Positions 1 to 10,830 are shown, counted from the first letter of the stretch. The stretch: 64,000 bases of DNA from Candidatus Saccharimonadales bacterium (GCA_035479795.1 DATIII010000001.1:7087-71086), one strand, 5' to 3'. The notes: generated from the sequence alone by a model not told the origin. Numbers and translations are program-made.

Positions 1-184
1 CTGAACCCAAGCCTGCTCAATTGGAGCCGATCCATAGGTCACCAATCCTGGCTTGGATCCGCTGCGCTTCAGTTGGACCAAGCGCACTGCGCTGGAACCA
101 ATATCTACGCCAAAATATTCCACCTCGCTACCAAACATACCCATTTGGTTTATTGTAGCAATACTGCTTACGCTTGCAAAGGCT

Positions 185-3100
185 TTAGTATCTTGGCAAC
201 GGCTCGATTAAGTATTTAGAAATTAAATAGGAGTTAACCAAGCTATTGAACCCGGGCGGCGTGGCGGTAAACAGCAGATTATTAAATGTCACTTTCTCGG
301 ACTGGCCGGACGCACTCGGCACAATCCGGTTAAAGCGGAAGGTATTGGCAAACAATGAGCCGTTCACAAATAGCTTATTGTTACACTGATCAACCGGTAA
401 TGTTCCGGGAGCGGTGCTGCCGTCTGCTCGCTGGTAGGATACAGTTGAGCCGTTGATATCGCTTGTACAGGTATTTAGAACCTTGGATGCCACGAAGAAA
501 CCATCAAGATTCTGGACATTTCTATCAATGTAGATATTTCCGTTCACGATCACACCGAAGGATGGATGGTTAGTCTCTTTGCTGACGCCATTAGTAGTGG
601 CGTGCTGGGCAGGACCGTATCGAACATTTGATTTGATATACAAATTGCCATTTATAAACAGTGTCCATCGCTTATTTATTTGCACATCGCCGCCACTACC
701 TAGCGTGTAGTTGGCATTACTCGTGACTACCTGACCTTCATTCACACCACCATCAATGCTGCCGCTCGCCCCGAGGACCGAGACGGCTGGACCGCTGGCT
801 CCAAGTCGCTGGGCCTCAGCGCACAGGTCGGGTCGATAAATTACACCAACCGACCCGGGCGTTGCCAAGTTTCGAGACCCGGTCCCCACGTATCCGCTCG
901 AGGTTACAAAGTAATCACCAATCGAAGTACCGCCGCCAATCACCGGAGTGCCAGAATTGGTATTGGTCCCAGAGTTAGAGCACAGACTCCCTCCGGTACC
1001 TCCGGCGTGGACATTTCCGCTGGCCGTATCCAGGTAAGGTGAATCTTTTTGGAAGCTGCGGAAGGTTAAGGTATTGGTTTGGCTGCACTGCCTGCCATGG
1101 CCTGGCTCCCAATATTTGATGATGCAGAATTGAGCGTAGTTGGAAGAGGTCTGGCCGGTTGGATTTGACTTTGATGAGTTAAATTGTACATCGAGAGAGA
1201 TGGCATTAATGTCGGATCCACCCGTGCCTGCCATGTGCGATTGAGTAGCGGCGTTTCCAAAATTGCCCCAACTGATATTACGGTTAGCTGGATTATAGGT
1301 GTAGTCGTGCCAATTCGAGCTAACTGGATCAATGGCTTGATCTATACCGATGGAATCTGTCTGATCTAGAAGCACATAATCAACCGGGCCCAGGGAGGTG
1401 TCCCGCGCCGCTTGCATCGTCATGGTGGCATGGTTGTAGTTACTATTGGCAGCATAACCGTAGTGATCTTTTTGCGCCGCGCCACCATCACAAGGACTCA
1501 TGGTGCTGGAAAAATCAGTATCTTCAAATGGGCCATTAGTGGCCTTGCTGACACAAGTTATCGCACCCGGGATGGGGTTATAGTTGATGTTTGAAGTATT
1601 TCCAAACCTACGTGGCGCTAAAGCCGGAGCCGGCCATTGGTTCGATGTACTCTGCGTGGTGCTAGCGCCAGCAAAGTTAGCTACTCCTTGATACCCACCA
1701 CTAAAGTCCTCACAGCCGGTGAGAATACCAGTGCTGCCATAGTCATCACTTCCGGCACAATAGCGAGTGTCCCCACTGTTTACTCCTGCCACATACCCTG
1801 GGTAAACGCCTACTTTGTCAGCCGCTTTGACTTTGCCATAAAAGCTCAGAGTTATCTTGGAGTAGGCGGGCATGGTGCCTAAATAGATATAAATACTGCG
1901 GGGCTGAGAACTACCGCTGGCCGCTGTGTACCCGCACCGAAACCATGATGGGGCTGGATTTTGCGGCGCAAAAAGCATGCCGTAGCCAAAATAGTTGAAG
2001 GTGCCGGCACAGGGCCCATTCACATTATTAACGCTGCCAGAGCTCCCAGTATCAGGCCCAATAACCCACCCCCCACCAGGGTCGCCATTACCTGTGTCGC
2101 GGGTAAGATTGGCTTGTCCATCTATGACCACCGTTGAAGGATCGAGATTAAGCGGGAAGAAGTTCTCAATAGACACTCCATTTTGGTTTGCGTCATACGG
2201 GTTTGAGGTCGTAAGGGTGTAATGAATCGTATCACCCGGTTTCAAAGGAGCGGTCGTGTCAGGAGTCACCGTTACATTGGGGTGGTTTGGATTTGGATCA
2301 TAAGTGAAGTCATTACTGATACTACAGTCATTTTCACAGGTCTTGCTGCGGTCTGTGTCTCCCGTTCGATAGAAAAGCAACGTGTGATTGTCCGGTGTAT
2401 CCGCTGGACTTGGCGGGTTTGGCATTAAAATTGTACTGTCGACCGATATAGTGACATTACGACCAGCCACAGTGTGAAAAGTATAATGGCCATTACTGTC
2501 CGTATTAACTGATGATTCGTCGCAGCGAGGGCAGCTTACTTTCAGGCCCTCAATACCCCGTCCAGTCGACGAAGTGTAACTGCGATGCACATTGCCAGAA
2601 ATAGTAACTCCACCAACCTTTATACAGACTTTGTTGCCTGACCTTGTTTTCAGGTGAGTAAATGCAGGTGCTGAATTGTTCGCAGACTGTCCATTTACTG
2701 CACTTCCATCAGACACCTGCGCCATAAAGCACATCCTACCTTTGTTTTTTGTATCGGGATTTACTTTAAAATCTGTGGAATATGTATAGGTATTGCCGGC
2801 CGTGGATCCGGCACTATGCCAGACCTTTGAAACTCCACTGTAGGCGCATGTACTTACATAAGCATTCGCTGGTGGTTGAGTACCTGGACTCGTTACCGAC
2901 CATGTGTATTGCCCTGGCGCAGGAAGTCCTCCAAGTCCATTAAGGTAGTTTGTTGGAGGCTGTACATAAAAGCTTGGGCAGTTGTTATCTTTCTCTACTG
3001 GATCGCTATTTGAATAGCCGTCTGATGGACAAGTGTCATGACTTGGCGCACTGGAATAAGGGGTGCCTGAAGAATTAGAGAACTTTCCGTTTTGACCACA

Positions 3101-3517
3101 GTTAGTCGGCGTATCAGTCGGGTAGTTATCTGCTCCCCCGTCTGTAGGCCAGGTGTTGGCGTTTGCAACTTCCCCATTTATCCAGGCAACTACGCTACTA
3201 CCATTGTGGTCAGGCTTATACTGCATTGTAAGACGAATCGTATCGCCAACAGAGACGGTATTAGCATCTCCACTAGAATCACTTCGTCGCACAGGCAACG
3301 CATCTTGGTGACTTGACCCTGACCCAGAAATGTTCTGCCCTGTGATCGTCACATTGCCGTCATAACGGAGAGGCTCACTATCCGGCCCTGTTGGACAGAA
3401 AAAGTCACTGGCATAACAAGTTCCGGCTGCTTTAGCTACAATCGGAGCAATTACAAAATAAGAGCCGATACAAGAAAAAATAATGACTGCCAACCAGGCA
3501 AACCACCTAGACTTCAT
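185..3517 (-). CDS. Large secreted surface protein (~1110 aa). It has an N-terminal signal/TM segment (start taken at internal Met MKSRWFAWLAVIIF), a G/S/T/N-rich body, a CarboxypepD_reg-like segment (VSCPRCDESSVNTDSNGHYTFH), and C-terminal NGN-x-YI repeats suggesting a parallel beta-helix.
   Basis: Long ORF in the six-frame track. Hydrophobic N-terminus after an internal ATG at 3517. The composition and repeat pattern are typical of bacterial adhesin/beta-helix surface proteins. Confidence 0.6.
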   Translation of the reverse strand: MKSRWFAWLAVIIFSCIGSYFVIAPIVAKAAGTCYASDFFCPTGPDSEPLRYDGNVTITGQNISGSGSSHQDALPVRRSDSSGDANTVSVGDTIRLTMQYKPDHNGSSVVAWINGEVANANTWPTDGGADNYPTDTPTNCGQNGKFSNSSGTPYSSAPSHDTCPSDGYSNSDPVEKDNNCPSFYVQPPTNYLNGLGGLPAPGQYTWSVTSPGTQPPANAYVSTCAYSGVSKVWHSAGSTAGNTYTYSTDFKVNPDTKNKGRMCFMAQVSDGSAVNGQSANNSAPAFTHLKTRSGNKVCIKVGGVTISGNVHRSYTSSTGRGIEGLKVSCPRCDESSVNTDSNGHYTFHTVAGRNVTISVDSTILMPNPPSPADTPDNHTLLFYRTGDTDRSKTCENDCSISNDFTYDPNPNHPNVTVTPDTTAPLKPGDTIHYTLTTSNPYDANQNGVSIENFFPLNLDPSTVVIDGQANLTRDTGNGDPGGGWVIGPDTGSSGSVNNVNGPCAGTFNYFGYGMLFAPQNPAPSWFRCGYTAASGSSQPRSIYIYLGTMPAYSKITLSFYGKVKAADKVGVYPGYVAGVNSGDTRYCAGSDDYGSTGILTGCEDFSGGYQGVANFAGASTTQSTSNQWPAPALAPRRFGNTSNINYNPIPGAITCVSKATNGPFEDTDFSSTMSPCDGGAAQKDHYGYAANSNYNHATMTMQAARDTSLGPVDYVLLDQTDSIGIDQAIDPVSSNWHDYTYNPANRNISWGNFGNAATQSHMAGTGGSDINAISLDVQFNSSKSNPTGQTSSNYAQFCIIKYWEPGHGRQCSQTNTLTFRSFQKDSPYLDTASGNVHAGGTGGSLCSNSGTNTNSGTPVIGGGTSIGDYFVTSSGYVGTGSRNLATPGSVGVIYRPDLCAEAQRLGASGPAVSVLGASGSIDGGVNEGQVVTSNANYTLGSGGDVQINKRWTLFINGNLYIKSNVRYGPAQHATTNGVSKETNHPSFGVIVNGNIYIDRNVQNLDGFFVASKVLNTCTSDINGSTVSYQRADGSTAPGTLPVDQCNNKLFVNGSLFANTFRFNRIVPSASGQSEKVTFNNLLFTATPPGFNSLVNSYLISKYLIEPLPRY

Positions 3518-3599
3518 ATGAATAGCATAACTGCTTTGGCCATCTTTTTGCAAACAAACACACTTCGGGCCCGGACTGGAGGTCCGGGCCCTGTGATGC

Positions 3600-4130
3600 T
3601 TAGCGGTGCCGCTTCCGTTGGCCGACAGCCGTGACGTAGTACAGCAAGTCGGAGTTGCCAAAGCTGCTGCGCAAACGCTTGGTCCGATAAACCCCGCGCT
3701 TGCCGGTGTAGTGGAAGCGATAGCTCCTAACGAAGCGCTGGCCATTGATACTCCACACCAGAAGTTTGCTCGCCTGCCAGCGCGCCATACCGGAGTCGAG
3801 CGGCTTGCTCACGTAGGCGCTATGGCAAATGCTCACACCCTTGGCAAGAGTGATCTGCCCGTACCAGCTCCCTCTGGGAAGCTCGCTGCCGTTCTTTGAG
3901 CTGTAGTAAGTCGTGTTGGCCACGATCTCGGTATGGACCTTGCTCTGCCGGCCGAACCCCGTGAAGTGCGAGGTGTAGCTGTAGTACGGACTCGAGCAGC
4001 TCGAGCCGACCTTGGCCGACTTCGTTGCGGGGTTGGCGGGGCGGGAGTACCCAGCTGTGGGGCCGATGACGAAGATGGAGGCCGTCAGCATGGCGGCCAG
4101 CACAATCACCCAACGCAGAATCCGCTGCAT
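3600..4130 (-). CDS. Small secreted protein (176 aa) of unknown function with an N-terminal signal peptide; Tyr/Ser-rich.
   Basis: ORF with a canonical SD (AGGAGGTGATCCGC-ATG) upstream of the ATG at 4130. Hydrophobic N-terminus (VIVLAAMLTASIFVIG). The segment is GC-richer than its flanks. Confidence 0.45.
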   Translation of the reverse strand: MQRILRWVIVLAAMLTASIFVIGPTAGYSRPANPATKSAKVGSSCSSPYYSYTSHFTGFGRQSKVHTEIVANTTYYSSKNGSELPRGSWYGQITLAKGVSICHSAYVSKPLDSGMARWQASKLLVWSINGQRFVRSYRFHYTGKRGVYRTKRLRSSFGNSDLLYYVTAVGQRKRHR

Positions 4131-4351
4131 GCGGATCACCTCCTGTTGTGTTCCGGCAGCCGCCAGGCGCCGGGTTGGTGCTGATGCGGATGGCTTTGCT
4201 AAGCCACTCGCTTCTAAGGCAAATTATACCCTATTTTTACAGAATTGTAAATACAATTTTAACCAACTCATGCGCTGCATTTTTGGAATTTTTTATAATG
4301 TCGGACTGCCTGGCGGCAAAGATCCGACCTAAATGCTATAATTTCCAGGTT

Positions 4352-5410
4352 ATGAAAATTGGAATTGTGGGGCTGCCGAACGTGGGTAAATCCACGCTTT
4401 TTAATGCCCTAACCAAGAACAATGTGCTGGCGGCCAACTACCCCTTTGCGACCATTGAGCCGAATGTGGGAATTGTTCCTGTACCCGATCCGCGACTGGA
4501 AAAGCTGGCGGCGCTATATGATGCCAAAAAGATTATCCCGGCCACGGTCACGTTTGTGGATATTGCCGGCCTGGTGCGCGGGGCCAGTGAAGGCCAAGGC
4601 CTGGGTAACCAATTCCTGGCCAATATCCGCGAGTGTAATGCCATTGTGCAAGTAGTGCGCGACTTTAAAGACGGCGATGTAACTCACGTGGAGGGCAAAA
4701 TCGATCCGCTCGATGATATTCAGACAATTAATACTGAGCTCATTCTGGCCGACATCCAAAGCATTGATAACCGCCTGAATAAAATCCGCAAAGATGCCAG
4801 CCAAAAGACCTTGGCTGCCGAACTAGAGAAGGCCCGGGCAGTGCTGGACAATGGCCAATTGCTGGGCAGTGTGTCCGGTCTTGATACCGAAATACTTCGT
4901 GAATTGCAGCTACTTACGCTTAAGCCATTTCTATTCGTTTTCAACCTTGATGAGCCGGATCTTAGCAATAAGGCCAAGCAGGCCGATTTAGCCAAGCTCG
5001 TCTCCCCCGCCCCCTGCGTCTTTCTATGCGCTAAAGTTGAGGCCGAGTTGATGGAACTGCCAAATGACGAAGCCGCCGAACTGCTAAAAGAGCTCGGCCA
5101 AGAAGAATCGGGCCTCGATCAACTGGCCGCCGCCGCCCAAAAAGCTTTGAGGCTACAAAGCTACCTAACGGCCGGCCCCAAGGAGGTTCGGGCCTGGACT
5201 GTGCCAATCGGCGCCACTGCCCCGCAGGCCGCTGGAGTCATCCATACCGATTTCGAAAAAGGCTTTATCCGCGCCGAAGTGGTTAGTTACGCCGACCTGA
5301 TTGCCGCGGGATCACTTACGAGCGCCCGCGCCGCTGGCAAGGCTCGGTTGGAAGGCAAAGATTACGTGATGAAGCCTGACGACGTAGTCGAATTTCGCTT
5401 TAACGTTTAG
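4352..5410 (+). CDS. ychF: Ribosome-binding ATPase YchF (Obg-family GTPase).
   Basis: [22 protein letters not shown]1 motif and a C-terminal TGS-like region. Start set at the internal ATG at 4352. Confidence 0.9.
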   Translation: MKIGIVGLPNVGKSTLFNALTKNNVLAANYPFATIEPNVGIVPVPDPRLEKLAALYDAKKIIPATVTFVDIAGLVRGASEGQGLGNQFLANIRECNAIVQVVRDFKDGDVTHVEGKIDPLDDIQTINTELILADIQSIDNRLNKIRKDASQKTLAAELEKARAVLDNGQLLGSVSGLDTEILRELQLLTLKPFLFVFNLDEPDLSNKAKQADLAKLVSPAPCVFLCAKVEAELMELPNDEAAELLKELGQEESGLDQLAAAAQKALRLQSYLTAGPKEVRAWTVPIGATAPQAAGVIHTDFEKGFIRAEVVSYADLIAAGSLTSARAAGKARLEGKDYVMKPDDVVEFRFNV

Positions 5411-6116
5411 ACTTTAGTAAATAGAACCGCTCCAGATTACCCTGGGTGCCGGCCACGCCCGAGTCAGCAGAATTGATAATGGAAAAGTCAGGCTTAATTG
5501 CCGCCTCCAACTTGTCGAGGATTTCCTTGCGCACTGTTGGATCGGAAATAACACCTTTAAATCTATCGGCCGTCGGCTTGTCAGCCTCGAACTGTGGCTT
5601 AGCCATAGCAATAATCGGACCATCCACCAACTCGGCCACCCCCGGCAAAATCTTGGTGAGAGAAATAAAGGATACATCAATAACAGCCACATCCGACTTT
5701 TCCGACAACTCGGCCTCGCGGATGTCGGTCTGCTCCATTACCACCACCCGCTCGTCCTGCCGCAGCTTGTAGGCCAGCTGCGCAGTACCGACATCCACGG
5801 CGTAAACTTTGGCCGCACCGTGCTGCAGCGCGAAATCCGTAAAGCCGCCGGTGGATGAGCCGACATCCAAGACGGTTTTGCCAGCGAAATCCAATCCAAA
5901 CTTTTCGGCCACTGAGGCAAGTTTGTCGCCACCACGGGAGACGTACTTCGGCGAATCGATCACCGTTAATTCAATATCCGGGTCGACCTGCAGGCCTGCT
6001 TTGTCTAAAACCTTAGAGCCCGAACGAACCTTGCCGGCCATTATCATCCCTTGAGCAGCAGTCCGGCTCGAGGCCAAACCTCGTTCCGCGACTAGCTGGT
6101 CCAACCGCACCTTCAT
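5400..6116 (-). CDS. tlyA: TlyA-family rRNA 2'-O-methyltransferase (S4 domain plus FtsJ-like methyltransferase).
   Basis: N-terminal S4-like RNA-binding motif, then VLDVGSSTGGFTD SAM-binding motif. Confidence 0.8.
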   Translation of the reverse strand: MKVRLDQLVAERGLASSRTAAQGMIMAGKVRSGSKVLDKAGLQVDPDIELTVIDSPKYVSRGGDKLASVAEKFGLDFAGKTVLDVGSSTGGFTDFALQHGAAKVYAVDVGTAQLAYKLRQDERVVVMEQTDIREAELSEKSDVAVIDVSFISLTKILPGVAELVDGPIIAMAKPQFEADKPTADRFKGVISDPTVRKEILDKLEAAIKPDFSIINSADSGVAGTQGNLERFYLLKSKR

Positions 6117-6676
6117 TATTTCTTGCGTTCGAGGTATTTGCCGTCGCGGGTGTCGACCTTAATCACGTCATCCTCATTTACAAACAGCGGAACCATAACC
6201 TCGAGGCCGGTTTCCATAACGGCCGGCTTCAATGCAGCCGTCGCGGTGTCACCCTTGGCACCGGGTTCGGCATGAGAAACTTTTAAATATACATTGTTGC
6301 CATAATCAAGCCCCATTGGTTTGCCATCAAAGCTCATGACAATAGCCTTAGATCCTTCGGTCAAATACTTCTCAGCCTCACCAGCTAACCCTTTATCAAT
6401 CGCTGTCTGCTCGTAGGTTTCGCTGTTCATAAAGTGCAGTGCATCGCCATCGGTATACAAAAACTGCATGGTTTCCTTGGTGACATCCGCGGCCGGAATC
6501 TTGTCGGACGACCGGAAGGACTTGTCGTAAACCGCGCCAGTCTTGAGGTTTTTGAGCTTAGTACGCATAACCGCACCGCCTCGACCCATCGCAATATGCG
6601 AGGATTCAATTACCTGATGAGGCGCGCCGTCAATTTGAATCAGCACACCCTTCTTTAAATCAGTATGTCCGTACAA
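6116..6676 (-). CDS. efp: Elongation factor P.
   Basis: ~186 aa with a KPGKG-like loop region and typical EF-P length and composition. Overlaps tlyA by 1 nt. Confidence 0.85.
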   Translation of the reverse strand: MYGHTDLKKGVLIQIDGAPHQVIESSHIAMGRGGAVMRTKLKNLKTGAVYDKSFRSSDKIPAADVTKETMQFLYTDGDALHFMNSETYEQTAIDKGLAGEAEKYLTEGSKAIVMSFDGKPMGLDYGNNVYLKVSHAEPGAKGDTATAALKPAVMETGLEVMVPLFVNEDDVIKVDTRDGKYLERKK

Positions 6677-6685
6677 GATATTCTC

Positions 6686-6904
6686 CTACCGGACAACAAA
6701 CGGTAATAGAGCTAAGTGACGCGAGCGCTTCAGGGCCACGGCCACACGGCGCTGGTGCTTCAGGCAGGTACCGGTGCGCTTGCGATTTTCGATCTTGCCG
6801 TAGCTTGAAAGATAGCGCTGCAGGAGCTTAACGTCTTTATAGTCGACATCATCAACCCTTTCGGCACAGAATCGACAGACTTTTTTACTGTAAAAATTTG
6901 CCAT
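6686..6904 (-). CDS. rpsR: 30S ribosomal protein S18.
   Basis: 72 aa, basic, with the conserved S18 core ([27 protein letters not shown]). Confidence 0.9.
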   Translation of the reverse strand: MANFYSKKVCRFCAERVDDVDYKDVKLLQRYLSSYGKIENRKRTGTCLKHQRRVAVALKRSRHLALLPFVVR

Positions 6905-7362
6905 TAGAATGGAATCTCATCTAGGTTAACTGGTTCGTCGTCCTTGAGGTCTTCAATCACGACGTCCTTTGATTTGTTTTCAGCTGGGGCTGACTGCGAA
7001 GGGCTAAAGTCACCACCACCGCTTGCCTCGCCCGGGCGATCCAAGAAGTTGATGTCATTGGCCACAATCTCGGTTCGCTGGCGCTTGACGCCATCCTTTT
7101 CCCAGCTTTGGGTCTGCAGTCGACCGACCACCATGACTTTGCGGCCCTTGGACAGATACTGGCTGGCCAGTTCGCCCAACTTGCCCCAGGCCACGATCTC
7201 GTGATATTCCACTGCTTCCTTACGCTCACCGCTGGCGTCTACCCAGCTGCGGTTGGTGGCAACGGCAAATGAGGCTACCGGCTGGCCACCTGGAGTGGTT
7301 CGCAGTTCCGGGTCTCGAGTTAGGTTGCCCATGACTATTGCTTGGTTAAAACTTTTGGCCAT
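6904..7362 (-). CDS. ssb: Single-stranded DNA-binding protein.
   Basis: OB-fold N-terminus, Gly-rich linker and the acidic C-terminal tail DEIPF. Lies between rpsF and rpsR as in the classic operon. Confidence 0.9.
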   Translation of the reverse strand: MAKSFNQAIVMGNLTRDPELRTTPGGQPVASFAVATNRSWVDASGERKEAVEYHEIVAWGKLGELASQYLSKGRKVMVVGRLQTQSWEKDGVKRQRTEIVANDINFLDRPGEASGGGDFSPSQSAPAENKSKDVVIEDLKDDEPVNLDEIPF

Positions 7363-7721
7363 TATTTATCCTCCTCATTGGAATCGACCGCCACCGCGGC
7401 AGGCTTAGCTTTTCCGGCCTTCTCAGGCTTTTGTTTAATATCAACTTTATTAACCATCAAAAAGCGCATTACCTCTTCCGTAATCAAAAGAGCCGCTTCT
7501 AGCTGACGCACCTTTGCCGGCTCCATGTCGACCTCAAAATAAACATAGACCGCAAAGTTTTGCTTGCTTATAGGATAAGCTAGGCGCTTTTTGCCCCAAT
7601 TATCCTTTTTGGTTAATTTTCCGCCGGCATTCCCTACCAGCTTTTCGATTTTGGCAATCGGCGTATCAACGTCGATTTCCAGATCGGGGTGCAGCAGCAC
7701 CACTAACTCATAATTCTTCAC
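7362..7721 (-). CDS. rpsF: 30S ribosomal protein S6.
   Basis: MKNYELVVLLHPDL N-terminus typical of S6. Order rpsF-ssb-rpsR. Confidence 0.9.
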   Translation of the reverse strand: MKNYELVVLLHPDLEIDVDTPIAKIEKLVGNAGGKLTKKDNWGKKRLAYPISKQNFAVYVYFEVDMEPAKVRQLEAALLITEEVMRFLMVNKVDIKQKPEKAGKAKPAAVAVDSNEEDK

Positions 7722-7879
7722 ACATTTCCTTTCTATGGGTCCTTACGGAGCCGTCCACTTAACGCAGAGGGCAAAAAGGTTATTGCTAACTGGGCCTGAG
7801 TTTAACAGATTCAACAGATGTGGTCAACCTGCCCAGCCTCCCCCTAAATTCTGAACCCTGAATCCTGTATTCTAGTAGC

Positions 7880-8410
7880 ATGTATGTGCTCGCGACTCAG
7901 CTAAAAGGCCTGCCAGTTCTCAGCCTGCAAACCGGCCAGCCAATTGCTTCCGTAGATCGACCGATCATGCAGGGGTCCGACCTGGAAATCATGGCGCTGC
8001 ACTGCCGCATGGGTCGGCTGCGCAATCAAGAGGGTGTGATATTAATGCGCGACATTCGCCAGGTAGCCGCCGATTGCATTATCATCGACTCCTTTGACGA
8101 AATCGAGGATGTTAACGAGATTGTTCGGCTGAAAGAAATTGCCGAAAAAAACTTCGACCCGATTGGCAAGATGGTGGTCAGTGAGTCGGGCCAGAAACTG
8201 GGCAAAGTTGAGGACTACACAATCAATTTGAAGACCTTTTTACTGCAAAAGCTGTATGTTCATCAGTCGGTTATGAAGAGCATATTATTTAACAACTTGG
8301 TGGTGGACCGCACCCAGATAATTGAAATCAGCCCTAGGCAATTTGTGGTTCGCGACGCCACCGTCAAACAGCCCTCCCTGGCACCGGTCGTGCCAAAATC
8401 CACAAGCTAA
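7880..8410 (+). CDS. PRC-barrel-like domain protein, hypothetical.
   Basis: 176-aa ORF with a PRC-barrel-like N-terminus (GLPVLSLQTGQPIASVDRPI). Followed by a terminator. Confidence 0.45.
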   Translation: MYVLATQLKGLPVLSLQTGQPIASVDRPIMQGSDLEIMALHCRMGRLRNQEGVILMRDIRQVAADCIIIDSFDEIEDVNEIVRLKEIAEKNFDPIGKMVVSESGQKLGKVEDYTINLKTFLLQKLYVHQSVMKSILFNNLVVDRTQIIEISPRQFVVRDATVKQPSLAPVVPKSTS

Positions 8411-8530
8411 GCATTGCCGTTTCAAAATGCTTGCGCTACGATTAGGTTAGCTTTAAGAAAGTGTGAGTGTGACAATTCTATTGCTATGGTTGGCAGCCTT
8501 TGCTCTCGCTTACCGAGTGCTGGCCTCCGA

Positions 8531-9139
8531 CTAATCCGAAAACCGCCGCAAGGCGGTTTTTATATCCCCGTAGCTAAAGCCCTTGCCGGCCAAATAAGCC
8601 ATTAGCTTACGCTCATCATCATATTTATTAAGTAAATTCCGCGTATTAACTAGCTGCGTGATGGTCTCAACCTCGTCTGCCAAACTTGTCATCGATTGTT
8701 CTATCGCTTCCCTATCTACGCCCTTTTTTATCAGCTCAGCCTGCAGCTGACGACGACTCCGGAGCTGATAGGTTTGTCGATCCTGAGACCAATTTGTCGC
8801 AAACTGGGCGTCATTTATCAGCCCCTCATTCTCCAGCTGCTTGATAACCTGCTCAGCTGTTTCTGGTTCATACTTTTTACGGCGCAGGTAATCCTCAATC
8901 TCACGACGACTCCGGGCTCGGTAGGATAGAAAGTTATAAGCCTTTTCGATAGCCTTACCGGCATCCGAACGCCTTTGCCAAAGAATCATATCCTCGTCCG
9001 AGACCTCAGTCCCCACTCTCAGCCCGCTGCCGGTAATCTCCAGCTCGCTTAATGAGAAGTTAAACTTCCCGTCAACAAATATGCTGTAGCGATGCTGCCT
9101 TTTAACTTGCTGGGCAATTTTGGTGACTTTAGGCATCAA
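8531..9139 (-). CDS. recX: Regulatory protein RecX.
   Basis: ~200 aa helical-repeat protein immediately downstream of recA in the same operon. Contains the three-repeat RecX-like layout. Confidence 0.75.
   Translation of the reverse strand: MMPKVTKIAQQVKRQHRYSIFVDGKFNFSLSELEITGSGLRVGTEVSDEDMILWQRRSDAGKAIEKAYNFLSYRARSRREIEDYLRRKKYEPETAEQVIKQLENEGLINDAQFATNWSQDRQTYQLRSRRQLQAELIKKGVDREAIEQSMTSLADEVETITQLVNTRNLLNKYDDERKLMAYLAGKGFSYGDIKTALRRFSD
8537..8562. terminator. Bidirectional rho-independent terminator (AAAACCGCCGCAAGGCGGTTTTTAT). It also encodes the last codons of recX on the other strand.
   Basis: GC stem CCGCC/GGCGG with A-run and T-run flanks. Confidence 0.6.
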
Positions 9140-9512
9140 TATAAGATGCTAACTTTTGAACCGAGACAGCGCCCATATCGAGAGTACCGGCACTCAAAGC
9201 TTTGAAGGCATCTTCCGCTGGCTCTTCGGAGAAAATTATTGGCAAGCCTAACGCGGCTGCAAAGCCAACTTCAACAGCAACGCTTAGGCCCACATAGCCA
9301 CCCGTTGCCACTACATATACGACATCGGATTGCTTAAGATTTTTTAAAAATCGATGAGTCAGTTCTGCTTTTTTATCAGCGCTAACCGTCACCATAGTTT
9401 CATCGTGGACGAAGCTGGGAGTAAAAACCCTTGCGCCATCGGCAATAAGCTTTTCATTAACTTGCTTGGCAGCCTCGTAAAACTTACTACTTGAAGCAAT
9501 TGCGACAATCAT
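9129..9512 (-). CDS. Hypothetical small Rossmann-like protein, possibly nucleoside 2-deoxyribosyltransferase-like fold.
   Basis: 127-aa ORF between recA and recX, overlapping recX start by 11 nt. Motif VVATGGYVGLSVAVEVGFAAALGLPII. The assignment is tentative. Confidence 0.45.
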   Translation of the reverse strand: MIVAIASSSKFYEAAKQVNEKLIADGARVFTPSFVHDETMVTVSADKKAELTHRFLKNLKQSDVVYVVATGGYVGLSVAVEVGFAAALGLPIIFSEEPAEDAFKALSAGTLDMGAVSVQKLASYIDA

Positions 9513-9517
9513 CTGTT

Positions 9518-10552
9518 TTAAACGGCGACTTTGCGAACAGCGGTATCGAGTTCCTTCAAAACCTTGGGGTTTTCTTCCAAATACGCCTTGGCGGCTTCCC
9601 GACCCTGACCAATCTTCTCGCCCTTGTAGGCGTACCAGGCACCGCTCTTTTCCACCAACTCATGCTTCACGGCCAGATCAAGTACGTCACCCTCGGTCGA
9701 AATACCCTTGTTGTACATGACATCAAATTCGGCAATCCGAAATGGAGGCGCAATCTTGTTCTTCACCACTTTAACTTTGACCCGGTTACCCATCACCTTA
9801 TCACCGTCCTTAATCTGCTCACTGCGGCGAATGTCCAGGCGCACCGATGAATAATACTTCAGCGCGTTACCACCAGCCGTTACTTCTGGATTACCAAACA
9901 TCACGCCGATCTTCATCCTCAACTGATTGATAAAGATTACGGTGGTGTTCGACTTAGAAATCACACCGGTCAGCTTACGCAGGGCCTGACTCATCAGTCG
10001 AGCCTGCAAGCCCATCTGGGCATCGCCCATATTGCCTTCGATCTCAGCCCGCGGCACCAGGGCTGCTACGGAGTCGACAACAACTAAGTCGACTGCGTTG
10101 GAGCGGACGAGCGTCTCGGTAATCTCCAGTGCCTGCTCACCCGTATCTGGCTGGGAAACCAACAAATCGGCCAATTTAACACCGATCTTAGCGGCATATT
10201 CGGGATCTAAGGCGTGCTCGGCATCCACAAAGGCGGCCAGGCCGCCGCGCTTCTGCACCTCGGCCACAGCATGCAGGGCCAAAGTGGTCTTACCACTCGA
10301 TTCTGGACCATAAATCTCCACGATCCGCCCCTGAGGGATTCCCCCGCCCAAAGCCAAATCCAAACTGAGGCTGCCAGTCGGAATCGTTTTAACATCAATC
10401 TTGTGGGCCTCGCCCAACTTCATAATGGCGCCACTGCCGAACTGCTTTTCGATTTGGCTGACAGCTAGATCTACAGCTCGCCGGCGCGATTCGCGCTCGT
10501 TATTTGATACCTCATCCACTTTGGTTGGTTTCTCTTTAACTGCTTGAGTCAT
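9518..10552 (-). CDS. recA: Recombinase RecA.
   Basis: Walker [14 protein letters not shown] and the conserved RecA core. Confidence 0.95.
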   Translation of the reverse strand: MTQAVKEKPTKVDEVSNNERESRRRAVDLAVSQIEKQFGSGAIMKLGEAHKIDVKTIPTGSLSLDLALGGGIPQGRIVEIYGPESSGKTTLALHAVAEVQKRGGLAAFVDAEHALDPEYAAKIGVKLADLLVSQPDTGEQALEITETLVRSNAVDLVVVDSVAALVPRAEIEGNMGDAQMGLQARLMSQALRKLTGVISKSNTTVIFINQLRMKIGVMFGNPEVTAGGNALKYYSSVRLDIRRSEQIKDGDKVMGNRVKVKVVKNKIAPPFRIAEFDVMYNKGISTEGDVLDLAVKHELVEKSGAWYAYKGEKIGQGREAAKAYLEENPKVLKELDTAVRKVAV

Positions 10553-10631
10553 TATATATCATTCCTGTTAGATAATATTTGAGGCTTTCATATTTGAGTA
10601 GAGTCCAAGGAATCACGAGTACCGCCGCGAG

Positions 10632-10648
10632 ACGTACCAATTGTACGT
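10632..10648. promoter_or_regulatory. Inverted repeat ACGTAC-N5-GTACGT, 80-96 nt upstream of the recA start; candidate operator (SOS-box-like).
   Basis: Perfect 6-bp arms read in the sequence. Position matches the recA promoter region. The function is inferred. Confidence 0.3.
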
Positions 10649-10715
10649 TGAGCGAGGAGCGCAAATGATGACGAAGGAATCTGCCAAAGATGCAAGCCGA
10701 TCTGGGTCAGGAGAT

Positions 10716-10747
10716 GGGACGTGTCTTAAGCACCAGCGACACGTCCC
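10716..10747. other. GC-rich hairpin (GGGACGTGTC...GACACGTCCC, 10-bp perfect stem, 12-nt loop) in the recA/thpR divergent intergenic region.
   Basis: Read directly in the sequence. A U-rich tract follows 12-20 nt later on the + strand. Confidence 0.4.
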
Positions 10748-10821
10748 ATGGGTTGGAAGCTCTTTTTATTTGTGCCTGACCTACCATCAGCATAACCGAA
10801 CAAAAACCGAACTGTCAATAA

Positions 10822-10830
10822 TTTTGTATA
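10822..10830 (+). promoter_or_regulatory. Extended -10 element TGTATAAT, 8 nt upstream of the thpR ATG; a leaderless or short-leader transcript is likely.
   Basis: Exact TGnTATAAT match. Confidence 0.35.

Noticed and set aside
10716-10747. Possible rpsR-derived fragment upstream of recA (translated TCLKHQRHV versus S18 TCLKHQRRV).
   Set aside because: Only an 11-nt nucleotide identity (AAGCACCAGCG). The rest differs and the segment is a palindrome, so this is most likely coincidence.
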